IMG/VR virus record: IMGVR_UViG_3300031565_004358
Span: 1 to 24,176 of that record
From: a virus
Lineage: Duplodnaviria; Caudoviricetes
Length of the DNA stretch: 24,176 nt
Reading direction: 5' to 3' (one strand)
A model generated the notes under the pieces. It did no database searches. It was not told the origin of the DNA and saw only the letters and a list, made by a program, of their open reading frames with translations. Position 1 is the first letter of the stretch. Each line of letters begins with the position of its first letter. The position numbers were made by a program, and so were the translations under genes. Shown here piece after piece: positions 14,952 to 24,174 of the stretch.

Positions 14952-17500
14952 TATCGAAGGTCAGATAATTTCATATAAATACTATAGTCTAGGATGTTTA
15001 AATCTTCAACAAAAATAGCCCCATCTCCAGTAGAACCACTAATAATAATAATATTCCCGTTTACTGGAATCTCATTTCCACCAGCTAAATAGTTGTCTAC
15101 AGACTTTCTTCTTCGATTATTCATGAATATGCACATAGTAGATGCGGTTTCGTCAGATATAGCTATTCTATAATATTTATTATCAGCCCTGCTAATACCA
15201 GAAAATACATCTGTCACGGTTCCCACTAATTTGACACGACTATATTGAGGTTTATCTTTTAAATCAATTATAGGCTCGAAATACGTGTCTGAAAATACTT
15301 CTCTTAATTTTTTAGAATGGGAATATCCTAGTATCTTCTTTTCGAAGTACCAATTAGCAAAATCTTCATGCTTTTTATTTTGGTCGTATATCTCGCGATG
15401 AAATTGATATTTCTTTTTGAAGGTAGCAAATGTTCGTTCCGTAAAGACGGGTCGTCCATCATCACCAATAATATTTTCATCAACACAAGCTTTAATTGTA
15501 GCCAATAAATCATATTCAAAACGTGGGCCAAGGGCTAATATATTACGCTTTACCCTGTCAGTCAACAAGTTAAACGAACACGCCCATAATACCCCTTTGC
15601 ACCTGTTATCAACCATACTATCTAAAGACCCAGCTTGAATAAGCGCGGATACAGTACCGATATTTAATCCAGCATCTTTTGCGCTGAGAAAAACGTCGTA
15701 TATATTTTCAAATTTTTGTTGGCAAAATTCTAATAGAGTGCTTAGTGTTTTTTCGGACACCCCGCGAATAGCATTTAAACCGTAACGGATGTTAGTTCCA
15801 TCAATACTAAAATCAGCTTTAGATTTTACTAGATCAGGAGGAAGCAATTTAACCCCATAAGCGTTTAACTCTTGAGATATAATAGATATCTCAGAAAAGG
15901 AATCTTGCTCATGACGAGCCATATTTAATAAACTTATAAAGAATTCTAATGGATAATTAAATTTAAGATAAGCTGTGACAGCAGAAAGCATACTATAAGC
16001 GGCGCTGTGAGATTTGTTGAACGAATAATTAGCGCTAGCTTCAATGATCCCCCATAACAATGTCCCAATTTCGGGATCGAGATTATTTTCTTCTATCTTT
16101 TTTCGGACTTTTTCTTCCCATTCTTTGGCTTGTTCCACCTTCTTTTTGCCAACTACTCGACGTAACTGTTCTGACTCGTCCAAATTGAAGCCAACCTTGT
16201 TGGCCATCTTCATTAACTGCTCCTGATATAGAGGAATACCCCCAGTGATACCAAGAATATCATCAAAGAATTCATGCACGCTTTGGAACTCTCCTGACTT
16301 CACATATTTAGCGTAATCGTCAGCAAAATCTAATGCTCCTGGCCGCGCGATAGCCACAACAGCCGATAATTGCTCCAGATTTCTTGGTTTTACCTGTTTG
16401 CAAATTTTAAAATTCGTGTCGGCCTCGATTTGGAATAACCCCTTGGGGAAATCCAGTTCTTGGAGACCAGCAAAAATGGTTGGATGGGTGGGGTCGATAT
16501 CTTCCATCTTAATATTTAACTGTTTGCAAGTATCGTCAACGACCGTAAGGGTGCGTAATCCAAGGATGTCAAACTTTACCATTAGCTCGGATACCCCATT
16601 CATATCATAGCCAGAAACTAAATGGCCATCGTTGGTCAATTGTACGGGCATTATATCTGCAATGGGATAGTAACTAATACCAATACCAGACGGATGTACC
16701 CCTGTATTTTTATTTAAACCCTCTAGCTTTTTAGCTATACGAAACACCCGTTCGTGGGCGTCACAAAATTCACGAAACTCACTGCTCTCATCGTAGGCTT
16801 TTTGCAATTTAAATACCTTGCCGAACTGTTTGGGAATCATACCGCTAATAGTATTAGCTTCATCTTCTGACGCATCATCAACAATCTTATATGCTTCTTT
16901 AATGCATAGTTTGCCGCTCAAAGTGTTAAGTGTCAATATCTTACAAGTAAATCCAATAAATTTCTTTTCTATGTATTCAATAACATCTTGACGACGATCA
17001 TAAGAAATATCATTATCAATATCACATAGCAATGAGCCGTCGAGATAAATTTCTCCCCTATACTCAATTTTTTTTGCACGACTTTCAGATACAAACCTTT
17101 CAAAAAAGAGTTCGTGTTTGATTGGGTCGAGTTTAGTGACTTTAATGAGAAATAACACAAGAGAACCAGCAGCGGAGCCTCTACCAAAACCAGTAGGCAC
17201 ATTATGCTCGTGACAATAATTAAGTACGTCCCAATTAAGTAGTATATAATCAACAAAACCAAGTTTATCAAGAACTCCCAATTCATATTTTAACCTTTCT
17301 CTATACGCATTTTTATTTAAATCATTTTTCGCTAAATAAATATCCAACTCCCTCTCACATAATAGGGATAAAAAATCTAAATTACTAATACTATTGTCAA
17401 CATTCAACTGGCGATAAAATCTATCTTCGATATTAATCTTAGGCAACTTTACCCCAACTGGAAATGGTTGATCGTATTTATTAAAGAATTTTCCTATCAT
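14951..17500 (-). CDS. dnaE: DNA polymerase III alpha (family C, DnaE-type) catalytic core lacking the N-terminal PHP domain
   Basis: ERLKYEL..L.F.DY, GRGSAAGSLV, LFFERF, CDIDND (catalytic DxD), GVHPSG, KFDILGL, FQIE, RPG, YQEQLM, YSFNKSHSAAYS, YLK..YP.EF, HhH (GLNAIRGVS) and a C-terminal OB fold. Only 849 aa, starting just before the palm. Confidence 0.95.
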   Translation of the reverse strand: MIGKFFNKYDQPFPVGVKLPKINIEDRFYRQLNVDNSISNLDFLSLLCERELDIYLAKNDLNKNAYRERLKYELGVLDKLGFVDYILLNWDVLNYCHEHNVPTGFGRGSAAGSLVLFLIKVTKLDPIKHELFFERFVSESRAKKIEYRGEIYLDGSLLCDIDNDISYDRRQDVIEYIEKKFIGFTCKILTLNTLSGKLCIKEAYKIVDDASEDEANTISGMIPKQFGKVFKLQKAYDESSEFREFCDAHERVFRIAKKLEGLNKNTGVHPSGIGISYYPIADIMPVQLTNDGHLVSGYDMNGVSELMVKFDILGLRTLTVVDDTCKQLNIKMEDIDPTHPTIFAGLQELDFPKGLFQIEADTNFKICKQVKPRNLEQLSAVVAIARPGALDFADDYAKYVKSGEFQSVHEFFDDILGITGGIPLYQEQLMKMANKVGFNLDESEQLRRVVGKKKVEQAKEWEEKVRKKIEENNLDPEIGTLLWGIIEASANYSFNKSHSAAYSMLSAVTAYLKFNYPLEFFISLLNMARHEQDSFSEISIISQELNAYGVKLLPPDLVKSKADFSIDGTNIRYGLNAIRGVSEKTLSTLLEFCQQKFENIYDVFLSAKDAGLNIGTVSALIQAGSLDSMVDNRCKGVLWACSFNLLTDRVKRNILALGPRFEYDLLATIKACVDENIIGDDGRPVFTERTFATFKKKYQFHREIYDQNKKHEDFANWYFEKKILGYSHSKKLREVFSDTYFEPIIDLKDKPQYSRVKLVGTVTDVFSGISRADNKYYRIAISDETASTMCIFMNNRRRKSVDNYLAGGNEIPVNGNIIIISGSTGDGAIFVEDLNILDYSIYMKLSDLR

Positions 17501-18129
17501 AAATCTAACTGGTTTAGGATTTTAAATAGCGCCTCTGTATTCATTTCGATGTCATAAAGAGAATCGTGTAATTTAGTTTCATCAAACTTAATATCGAAAT
17601 GCTTCAACATGGCCATTAGAGTCGATCTCAAGCCCTTTTGAGGAGAATTCAGTAACTTGTACTGCCATTCAATCAAAGACTCATCTTCGGGCTTCTGGAC
17701 GCCTTTAAGAATAGCTAGAAACAGCGCTCTTGTATCGAGACAACGAGTTATAAAACTATAATCAACGTCAAAGCCGAGGTACTGGCGTAAAACATTAATA
17801 ATGTAGACGTCAAAATTTAAAATATTATGACCAGAAATAAGATAAGAAGGGTCGTTCATCTTCTTCCATAGTAATTCGAACACGAAATAAGGGTCTACCG
17901 CATTTTTAATATATTCTTTCCTATCAAAGCCCGTAACCTTCGCTGCCCCTTCTGACACCCGTAGGTCATCCCACCTTAATAGATAGTCTTGTTTTCCGAC
18001 TATCTTTTTGCCAACGGTTTCAACCCATGACAATTGCCAAGGCCGAGAGTATCGAAGGTTAAGCCCTTCTGTCTCTGCGTCGAAAAGAAGGTACTTTTGT
18101 TGAAAATTAAATCTAAGTAAGTCTTCCAT
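17497..18129 (-). CDS. dnaQ: DEDDh 3'-5' proofreading exonuclease (epsilon/DnaQ-like)
   Basis: ExoI FDAETEGL, ExoII GHNILNFDV, ExoIII LHDSLYDI. ATGA overlap with the dnaE core. Confidence 0.88.
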   Translation of the reverse strand: MEDLLRFNFQQKYLLFDAETEGLNLRYSRPWQLSWVETVGKKIVGKQDYLLRWDDLRVSEGAAKVTGFDRKEYIKNAVDPYFVFELLWKKMNDPSYLISGHNILNFDVYIINVLRQYLGFDVDYSFITRCLDTRALFLAILKGVQKPEDESLIEWQYKLLNSPQKGLRSTLMAMLKHFDIKFDETKLHDSLYDIEMNTEALFKILNQLDL

Positions 18130-18865
18130 TTTGTTCTAAGTATGATTCGAAGCAAAAACTATCACTTCCGAAATGATTAATGTTGGGCGCTGATAGAGTT
18201 GGGGCTCGCCTACCAACCTTTCGTCCGCACGCCATACGGTAGGTTTGATAAGCGGGAAAATCTGTGCGATATTTATAAAAAATACTCTTAGCTACAACAG
18301 GTACTATCTTATTATCATTAACTAATTTAGAATATATGATAAGGTCTTGTGGCAAGTTGTTATTTTCTAAAAAATAAATCTCATTATCGGAAATCTTTTG
18401 AGGCAAGCAGTTTTTAAAATAAAACGTGTTATGATATAAAAAAGAATCATAATGAGGATGGGCTAACAATAAGAGGTTATCGTCCCAATTATCTTTTAAT
18501 AAGTTGTAATCTAATTTTCCATTATGCTTACACGAAACAAGTGAAAATAAATTGAACAACATCTTACATCCGTCAGTGTTACGTGCAAAGATTACAACTT
18601 TATGTTCGCTATCATCGTTTTCGTCTGTGACATCGTTACATATAGGGAATCGAACCCCATAGTGTAAGATTATATCGGTCTCGTGAAACGCTTTATAGGT
18701 TTCTAAAAAACCGATCATATTATCCTCTACAATATAAATTTCTTTAAAGCCATTTTCCTTGGCAATTGTAGAAATATCATCAGGACCATCTTCTGCATCA
18801 ACGGGGTTAATTTTTAATATACTTCTGCCGATACTATAATCCGAGGTAAATAGTGGAATCATCAT
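18113..18865 (-). CDS. Stand-alone, degenerate PHP domain corresponding to the DnaE N-terminus
   Basis: IPLFTSDYSIGRSILKI (cf. HLHxHSxYSLLDG), AKENGFKEIYIVEDNMIGF (cf. A...G..A.AiTDHgnlfG), YGVRF, HKVVIFARNTDGCKML (cf. HLvLLAkN..Gy.NL), VVAKSIFY (cf. vATNDvHY). The start is placed at ATG 18865 (or 18862) rather than TTG 18901. Confidence 0.82.
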   Translation of the reverse strand: MMIPLFTSDYSIGRSILKINPVDAEDGPDDISTIAKENGFKEIYIVEDNMIGFLETYKAFHETDIILHYGVRFPICNDVTDENDDSEHKVVIFARNTDGCKMLFNLFSLVSCKHNGKLDYNLLKDNWDDNLLLLAHPHYDSFLYHNTFYFKNCLPQKISDNEIYFLENNNLPQDLIIYSKLVNDNKIVPVVAKSIFYKYRTDFPAYQTYRMACGRKVGRRAPTLSAPNINHFGSDSFCFESYLEQNGRLT

Positions 18866-18873
18866 TTTTACAC

Positions 18874-18901
18874 ATGATGACAGTTTATTAGGGTTTGTCA
18901 A
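18874..18901 (-). promoter_or_regulatory. Candidate sigma70-like promoter for the polymerase genes, overlapped by an inverted repeat
   Basis: Perfect TTGACA (18901-18896), a 16-nt spacer ending TGT, then CATCAT (18879-18874), 8 nt before ATG 18865. TGACA-N13-TGTCA inverted repeat. It lies in one of the very few intergenic gaps. Confidence 0.4.
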
Positions 18902-19939
18902 CTATTTTTTTTGAAAACATGGACAACCAGAATACCACATTTGTTGGTACGAGCCACCTTTAGGAACAAGATCGAAATTAAAATCGTCTTCGAAATAAGT
19001 TTTAACTAACTTATCTTCAGCATCGTATACTATATAATAATAAAAATCAAATTTATAGGGACAATGCCACATTAAAGTCCCATCCTTCTTAAGCTGGCCT
19101 TTATATTTAGCGAATCCGCATTCTAATCTACCAGAAAAAGACCCGTCTTTAGGGAAGGGAGCGTGGGCAGCAAATCCACTATGAGCATCTTTTTTAGAAA
19201 AGTTAGAAAGATATTTTTGATACGCGGTTAACTCGTGTTCAAAACCTTGAAGAGATTTTTTATCAATATCTTCCATCTTAATAATACAGGGGTAGCGTTC
19301 GTCGTCAGAGCTTTTATCTTGATGTCTTAAAAAAATAAACTCAGAACGAATATTATCAACTTCTGGATGTTCGGTTTTAATAGCTAATGAATACATCCAA
19401 TCTTGAAGATTATTTGTAACCTCGCCGCCTTTAAACACCTGTTTGCTAGTCTTAAAGTCTCGGAATATAGCAAACTTTTTTTTCTTATATATAAATAGTT
19501 TGTCTAAGATGCCGCGGATATTATAATTGACCTTATTTTTCTTATCTACTTTCTTAATTTCAAACGAGTGTTCAGAAATAGAAATAGTAGGACGACCAAT
19601 TTTAGTGCCAAAAAAGTCATGATGTAATCCAGAAACTATCATTTCGTCCATCAGTTTTAAATTATCCACATCATGAATCCCTAATCTACGAGCATGTTTG
19701 CGTACCAACTTAACCACAGGCTTACAATTTCTAATAGATTCGTCCTTCATAATAGTTTTAAAGTGCTTCATATGTCGTTTGCGACCAAGTACTTCTAAAA
19801 TCAAATGGCAAATAGAGCCGCGATCAGCCCCATCATTAGACTTATCAGGTAAATTCAAATGATAACGACACCAATATTTCCATCGGCAACCTTTAGCTAA
19901 TTTGATACGGGAAGGAGATAAAAATAATTCTTTATTCAT
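18902..19939 (-). CDS. PD-(D/E)XK (RecB/AddB/Cas4-like) exonuclease
   Basis: LSPSRI....C..KY, GSICH.ILE, E.SF, IRGILD, DFKTSK, Q..MY. One N-terminal Cys plus several C-terminal Cys are compatible with an Fe-S staple. Confidence 0.85.
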   Translation of the reverse strand: MNKELFLSPSRIKLAKGCRWKYWCRYHLNLPDKSNDGADRGSICHLILEVLGRKRHMKHFKTIMKDESIRNCKPVVKLVRKHARRLGIHDVDNLKLMDEMIVSGLHHDFFGTKIGRPTISISEHSFEIKKVDKKNKVNYNIRGILDKLFIYKKKKFAIFRDFKTSKQVFKGGEVTNNLQDWMYSLAIKTEHPEVDNIRSEFIFLRHQDKSSDDERYPCIIKMEDIDKKSLQGFEHELTAYQKYLSNFSKKDAHSGFAAHAPFPKDGSFSGRLECGFAKYKGQLKKDGTLMWHCPYKFDFYYYIVYDAEDKLVKTYFEDDFNFDLVPKGGSYQQMWYSGCPCFQKK

Positions 19940-20984
19940 TACACAACTTTTTTAATTGTTTTTGGTGTTGCACGCTTAGTGCATGAGGATTAGTTTTTAA
20001 AAGAAACGAACAACCTTCAATAGAAGCTTGGGTCACGTTATTAAGAACTTCTAAATCAGGATTAAGATGGCACGAAAAAATATGCATTTCTGGATCAACG
20101 ACCTTTTCCTGCATCTCCCCGAAATCATTTAAAAAGGGAGGATAAATACTTAATCTGTCTGAAGGAAAAAACGATAATAAATTCAAATAAATTTTTATTG
20201 AACCAAACAAACCAGTGTTAAAATCTTTATGATAGTCATTGTTGAGCGATATAATAATACGTTGAGGATTTATTTCTATTAACTTGCTTAATATTTTAGA
20301 CGACATTGAAACTCCAAACAATACTAAATGATTTAAGATACCGTTTTCAGTTAATGCTAAACTATCGCCTATGCTTTCAACTAAATATATATTTTGAGAG
20401 TCGTGAGCATATTCTAAAAATTGCGGGTTAACATAATAAGGATATACCCAGTTTCTTTTCTTGCCTAAATGTTTCCACTTGGGAATATTAGCAGCTTTAT
20501 CAATAGCCCGCCCACTCCAGCCGCAAATTTGTCCAGCATCATTAAAAATAGGAAATGTTATACGTCGATACATTTTGCCAAACGAAGATAATCCACAACG
20601 ATATAATTTTTGTGTCTCTTCGCTGATATTGCGCTGTTTATAAAAATGATAGTTGGGAAACAACGTATCTAAAGATGAAAGAGGGTATACTTTATCCATA
20701 AGGTCTTCTGGTGGGGTATAAAATGTATCATAAACGGCTAGAGCTTCGGCGAAGTCGACTCCCCCTCCGCTTAATTCTACTAATTTTGTAAATGGAAATG
20801 AATTTTCTCCTACTCCGAAATCTCGCCATACGCCAGTGTTTTTATAAATAATAACAGACGTTGGATTGCCGCCACCTCTATATTTGGCGCTGGTTCTCCA
20901 ATTATCTCCATTATCAATTAGTTTATAGCCGAGAGTATCTAAAATCTCTCTCATATCATTAGTTGAAATCTGGGATGTCTTCAT
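19932..20984 (-). CDS. dnaG: DnaG-type DNA primase (TOPRIM)
   Basis: RNISEET, RRITFPIFN..GQICGWSGRAI, PKWKH, IYLVESIGDSLAL (TOPRIM Glu), IIISLNND, P..NDFGEM. Adjacent to the helicase. Confidence 0.85.
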   Translation of the reverse strand: MKTSQISTNDMREILDTLGYKLIDNGDNWRTSAKYRGGGNPTSVIIYKNTGVWRDFGVGENSFPFTKLVELSGGGVDFAEALAVYDTFYTPPEDLMDKVYPLSSLDTLFPNYHFYKQRNISEETQKLYRCGLSSFGKMYRRITFPIFNDAGQICGWSGRAIDKAANIPKWKHLGKKRNWVYPYYVNPQFLEYAHDSQNIYLVESIGDSLALTENGILNHLVLFGVSMSSKILSKLIEINPQRIIISLNNDYHKDFNTGLFGSIKIYLNLLSFFPSDRLSIYPPFLNDFGEMQEKVVDPEMHIFSCHLNPDLEVLNNVTQASIEGCSFLLKTNPHALSVQHQKQLKKLCNE

Positions 20985-22473
20985 TATCTTCTCCCCCTTC
21001 TATTAATTCTGCATGAGCGTTACGGAACGCTACAATATCACGTAGATCGCCCTTCTCTGTTATGTCAAAATTCTTAAATTCTAAATTAATAAAGTTGCGT
21101 CTTAAAGCGTCCCCTACTCTCACAGGCCGCAAGTGACCATTAATATCTTTGCCAAGATGTCGAGCTTTAATATTTATAAGTTTATGAGTTCCGAACTGTT
21201 CTCCTTCGTCCAATATCTCATCGAGGGTTTTTTCTCTTAAAATAAACATGTGAGAACAAAAATGTTGTAATCTGTCGGATAAAGATACTACACTCTCGTC
21301 ATCGCGAACTTCGGCGGCATTTCTATTAGCTACAATTCCCTGTCTATTGCTTTGGACTGATGTCATCATAGAAATAACTGGTTTTCCATCGTGCAAAATA
21401 TCCTTTTCAATAGTTTTCTTGAATTTATCCAACATCTGACCCACGATTTCATATTCTTTTTTGTACCCAGATGGTTCATAGGAGGTTTTAATATAATCGA
21501 AACTAAATATCATTGGATTACCACGCCCAACAATGGAATAATAAAATCTTTTAAGTACCATAAGCATAGCATCGACATCCATACCTCCGACATTAAAATA
21601 ATAAAATTCCATATCTTGAATTATTTTCCAAGTATCCCTGACCCTTTTAACCACATCAGGCCCAGCATTTCTCCATTTACCAGTTTCAATTAAACCAATT
21701 GGCGTATGAGATAAGGCGGCACACTGTCTGTGAATTAATTCTTCCTTGCTCATTTCCCCGTTATCAAAGTGGAGAATAGGAACTTTATATTTAGCTCCAA
21801 CTTTTGTAGCGAAATTCATGCATAACGCGGTTTTACCTACGGCACTTCTCGCCACAAAAATAGTAATATTACCAGCCCTAAGTAACGAACCGTAGATATC
21901 ATTAACCCTACCGAACGGACCCATGAATCCAAAATTTTCTATAGGGTTATTGCCTAGTTCTTCAATTAGCCGCTCCATTTCGTCATAAATGTTTTCTGGA
22001 ATAGAAGAACCTGATTCAAATAAATTAATCTTATTATTAAATATTCTATCAGCGTCTCTTATAATATCATCATACGGAGTTGTAGAAGGCAGCTTCTTCA
22101 TATGATCAGAAACTTCCTTACAGGCGTATGAGATTTCGCGACGGACGGTATACAGTTTCAGTTCTTTTGCTAAAGACTCTATAGAATCAGAAGATGTTTT
22201 TCTCATTCGTAACGAATGGATATAATCTCCAATAGATAGATTTTCTGCAAAAGATATTCCTAAGCTTTTAATTTTAGATGCTACTAATACAGGGTCGGGG
22301 CTTCCACCGCTTTCTATAATCCCCTTTACAACCGAAAAGACTGTACTGTTGACTTTAGATTCAACAGAAAAAAAATCTTGGTGAGTAATAAAATCAGAAA
22401 TTATAAAAAATGATTTTGGGTGTTGGATTATAGTCGCCAACAACTGTTGTTCAACATCAATAGAATACAACAT
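20959..22473 (-). CDS. dnaB: Replicative DnaB-like helicase
   Basis: N-terminal DnaB domain (EQQLLATII..P, DFFS), Walker A ARSAVGKT, GEMSKEEL..R, FDYIK, VQSNR, arginine finger KARH. Confidence 0.92.
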   Translation of the reverse strand: MLYSIDVEQQLLATIIQHPKSFFIISDFITHQDFFSVESKVNSTVFSVVKGIIESGGSPDPVLVASKIKSLGISFAENLSIGDYIHSLRMRKTSSDSIESLAKELKLYTVRREISYACKEVSDHMKKLPSTTPYDDIIRDADRIFNNKINLFESGSSIPENIYDEMERLIEELGNNPIENFGFMGPFGRVNDIYGSLLRAGNITIFVARSAVGKTALCMNFATKVGAKYKVPILHFDNGEMSKEELIHRQCAALSHTPIGLIETGKWRNAGPDVVKRVRDTWKIIQDMEFYYFNVGGMDVDAMLMVLKRFYYSIVGRGNPMIFSFDYIKTSYEPSGYKKEYEIVGQMLDKFKKTIEKDILHDGKPVISMMTSVQSNRQGIVANRNAAEVRDDESVVSLSDRLQHFCSHMFILREKTLDEILDEGEQFGTHKLINIKARHLGKDINGHLRPVRVGDALRRNFINLEFKNFDITEKGDLRDIVAFRNAHAELIEGGEDNEDIPDFN

Positions 22474-22730
22474 TAATCATTGTCCTCTTCGTAGGTTCCA
22501 AAAACGCCCAACTCTTCTTCGTCGGCCATTTTTATAAACTTGCGTACAGCATCTCTTAAACCTAACTCAACTATTTTACTATCGTGTTTAAAATATATAG
22601 ACGGGTCTCCGTCTTCGTCAACGATAGCAAGGAAAAAGCCTTTATGAGACGCTCCTGCGCCAGTGAGTTCATATAATTCTTCTATAAACTTAGGCGGTAA
22701 AATAAACTTTTCTTTATTAATGTTATCCAT
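22473..22730 (-). CDS. Hypothetical acidic protein (85 aa)
   Basis: Compact ORF with a TAATG overlap into dnaB; no recognisable motif. Confidence 0.7.
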   Translation of the reverse strand: MDNINKEKFILPPKFIEELYELTGAGASHKGFFLAIVDEDGDPSIYFKHDSKIVELGLRDAVRKFIKMADEEELGVFGTYEEDND

Positions 22731-22732
22731 AA

Positions 22733-23143
22733 TTATATCAAATCTACGTTAAATTCTTTAAACAATTCTATGTTTACCTTATCGTCTTGATAAATTAATA
22801 CAAGTTTAATATCATTCAACTCGCAAAATTTTTCTTTAACTGAATCTCGACGTAATTGTCGTAAGAAATCGCTTCTCCCGTTGTGAAAAAACGGCACATA
22901 TTTTATATGCTGGTTCCCTTGAACTTCTACTGCTATATTTTTGGTGGCGTTATAAAAATCAAGAGATAATTTAGTGGAGGGAATTGGAAACTCTTCAAAG
23001 ACAACATAAGAGTTCCAATACTTATATAAAAAATTCTTTATATTAGTCTGGAAAATACTGCGGCTATCAGCGTCCCAACTAATGAGATAATGTCGCGGAT
23101 TTTTAACTGATTTGGTAGCTCCATATATTGTCTTGAATTTCAT
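22733..23143 (-). CDS. DUF559/Vsr-like PD-(D/E)XK endonuclease
   Basis: S..Q..I...L, VFEEFPIP, LSLDFY, IAVEVQGNQH, RD..KE.FC..N.I.LV.I. Confidence 0.8.
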   Translation of the reverse strand: MKFKTIYGATKSVKNPRHYLISWDADSRSIFQTNIKNFLYKYWNSYVVFEEFPIPSTKLSLDFYNATKNIAVEVQGNQHIKYVPFFHNGRSDFLRQLRRDSVKEKFCELNDIKLVLIYQDDKVNIELFKEFNVDLI

Positions 23144-24174
23144 TAATCAGCCAATAGTTTTTCGATTTCCTTATTAAAGAAATCAATCAAAAATTTAATT
23201 AGAGGATCGTTACCCTCAATAAATTTAAATACGCGATCTTCTCCTTGAAATTTTAAAGAGTGATCCGATTCAACCAATCCTTCCGCTTTCAATTCGTCGC
23301 CGAACTCGTCGTCAAATTTATACCACGCCCCAGATTTGGTGACCTTTCCCCACCCTAATAATATATCGACTAATTCTTTTTCTATCCAAATTGATTTTCC
23401 ATTAGAACGCCCATACCTTACAGGGTAAGAGAGTTTCGTGTTTGTTGTCTCATTAGGGGATTTTCCAACTGTTATCTTAGCCATGTGTCCAATAGCTGGA
23501 TTTTTCTCAGCATGGAAATCTTTGCTGGGATTTTTCAATAACCAATCGCCCTTGTATATACGTTCGAAGTTAAGAATCCAATTAGCAAAATGAAGTAGGG
23601 CATTTCCACCAGAGCCACTTGTCGATCTAGCTGGACCCTCGTACTGGGAAATTTTTATATCAGAACGAACCTGAGAAATAAAAATAGCCATATGCCCTCG
23701 TTCGGCCAATGGAATAGAAATTTCTTTCATTAAAACGGACGCTATCACCGCTCCACCAGCGACCTTTTGAGCGTCAGAAAACTTCTTTCCAATATCATTT
23801 CGAGGTATCAATCCATCAACCGAATCAATAATAAAACCATATCTGCTTTTCGACGGGTTATATAAAATCATTTTCCGTATAGTGTCAGCAACAAAGTCAT
23901 ATATATTACTCTTCATAACAAAACAAGTGCCATCAACCCAATCCTTCACATTATAAACAAATGGAACGCCGCTTCTTTTAATCATTTCTGGGGTTAATCT
24001 GCCTTCGGCTTTAAAGTAAATACCCTTACTTTGCGAAACGGTGGAGAGAAAGTTTTTCATAACGATTAAAGCCTCACTCGTCTTGCCAGATTCATAAGGC
24101 CCGAAAAAACGATGCAAGCCAGCACCAAGCCCGCCATTCATACTATAATCTAATCCAATCGACCCAGTAGATAC
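23143..24174 (-). CDS. recA: RecA/UvsX-like recombinase, 5'-truncated by window edge
   Basis: The frame stays open to the window end (VSTGSIGLDYSMNGG, cf. RecA ISTGS..LD.ALG.GG). Walker A GPYESGKT, AEGRL, Walker B IIDSV, IFISQVR, SGGNAL.H, G.VTKSGAWY. Confidence 0.92.
   Translation of the reverse strand, partial: VSTGSIGLDYSMNGGLGAGLHRFFGPYESGKTSEALIVMKNFLSTVSQSKGIYFKAEGRLTPEMIKRSGVPFVYNVKDWVDGTCFVMKSNIYDFVADTIRKMILYNPSKSRYGFIIDSVDGLIPRNDIGKKFSDAQKVAGGAVIASVLMKEISIPLAERGHMAIFISQVRSDIKISQYEGPARSTSGSGGNALLHFANWILNFERIYKGDWLLKNPSKDFHAEKNPAIGHMAKITVGKSPNETTNTKLSYPVRYGRSNGKSIWIEKELVDILLGWGKVTKSGAWYKFDDEFGDELKAEGLVESDHSLKFQGEDRVFKFIEGNDPLIKFLIDFFNKEIEKLLAD

Noticed and set aside
17490-18140. Programmed frameshifts fusing PHP, exonuclease and DnaE core into one protein
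   Set aside because: The downstream frames have stops a few codons upstream of their ATGs (TAG before 18129, TAA before 17500) and there is no correctly phased X XXY YYZ slippery site. Translational coupling is the simpler reading.
14951-18865. Split intein as in cyanobacterial DnaE
   Set aside because: No intein N- or C-terminal blocks (C/S-start block A, terminal HN/C) on either fragment, and the break is after PHP rather than at the cyanobacterial site.
18866-18904. The exonuclease TAG stop is directly in frame with the PHP ORF, suggesting amber read-through or TAG recoding
   Set aside because: In-frame adjacency has a 1-in-3 chance. All long conserved genes, including the >2200-codon tail gene, are intact under the standard code with no internal TAG, so there is no sign of recoding.
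18902-19939. Cas4-like nuclease implying a CRISPR locus
   Set aside because: No repeat-spacer array or other cas genes were seen; solo PD-(D/E)XK nucleases are routine in phage replication modules.
309-21693. Short alternative-frame and antisense ORFs in the track (e.g. 309-494, 3764-4040, 5809-6006, 9530-9898, 9573-10028, 13516-14300, 16969-17286, 21391-21693)
   Set aside because: All are fully nested in well-supported genes, mostly with non-ATG starts and no recognisable motifs; they are shadow ORFs.
22728-22742. Extended -10-like TGATATAAT before the 85-aa gene
   Set aside because: Only 1 nt from the ATG, overlaps the upstream stop codon, has no properly spaced -35, and is expected by chance in AT-rich DNA.
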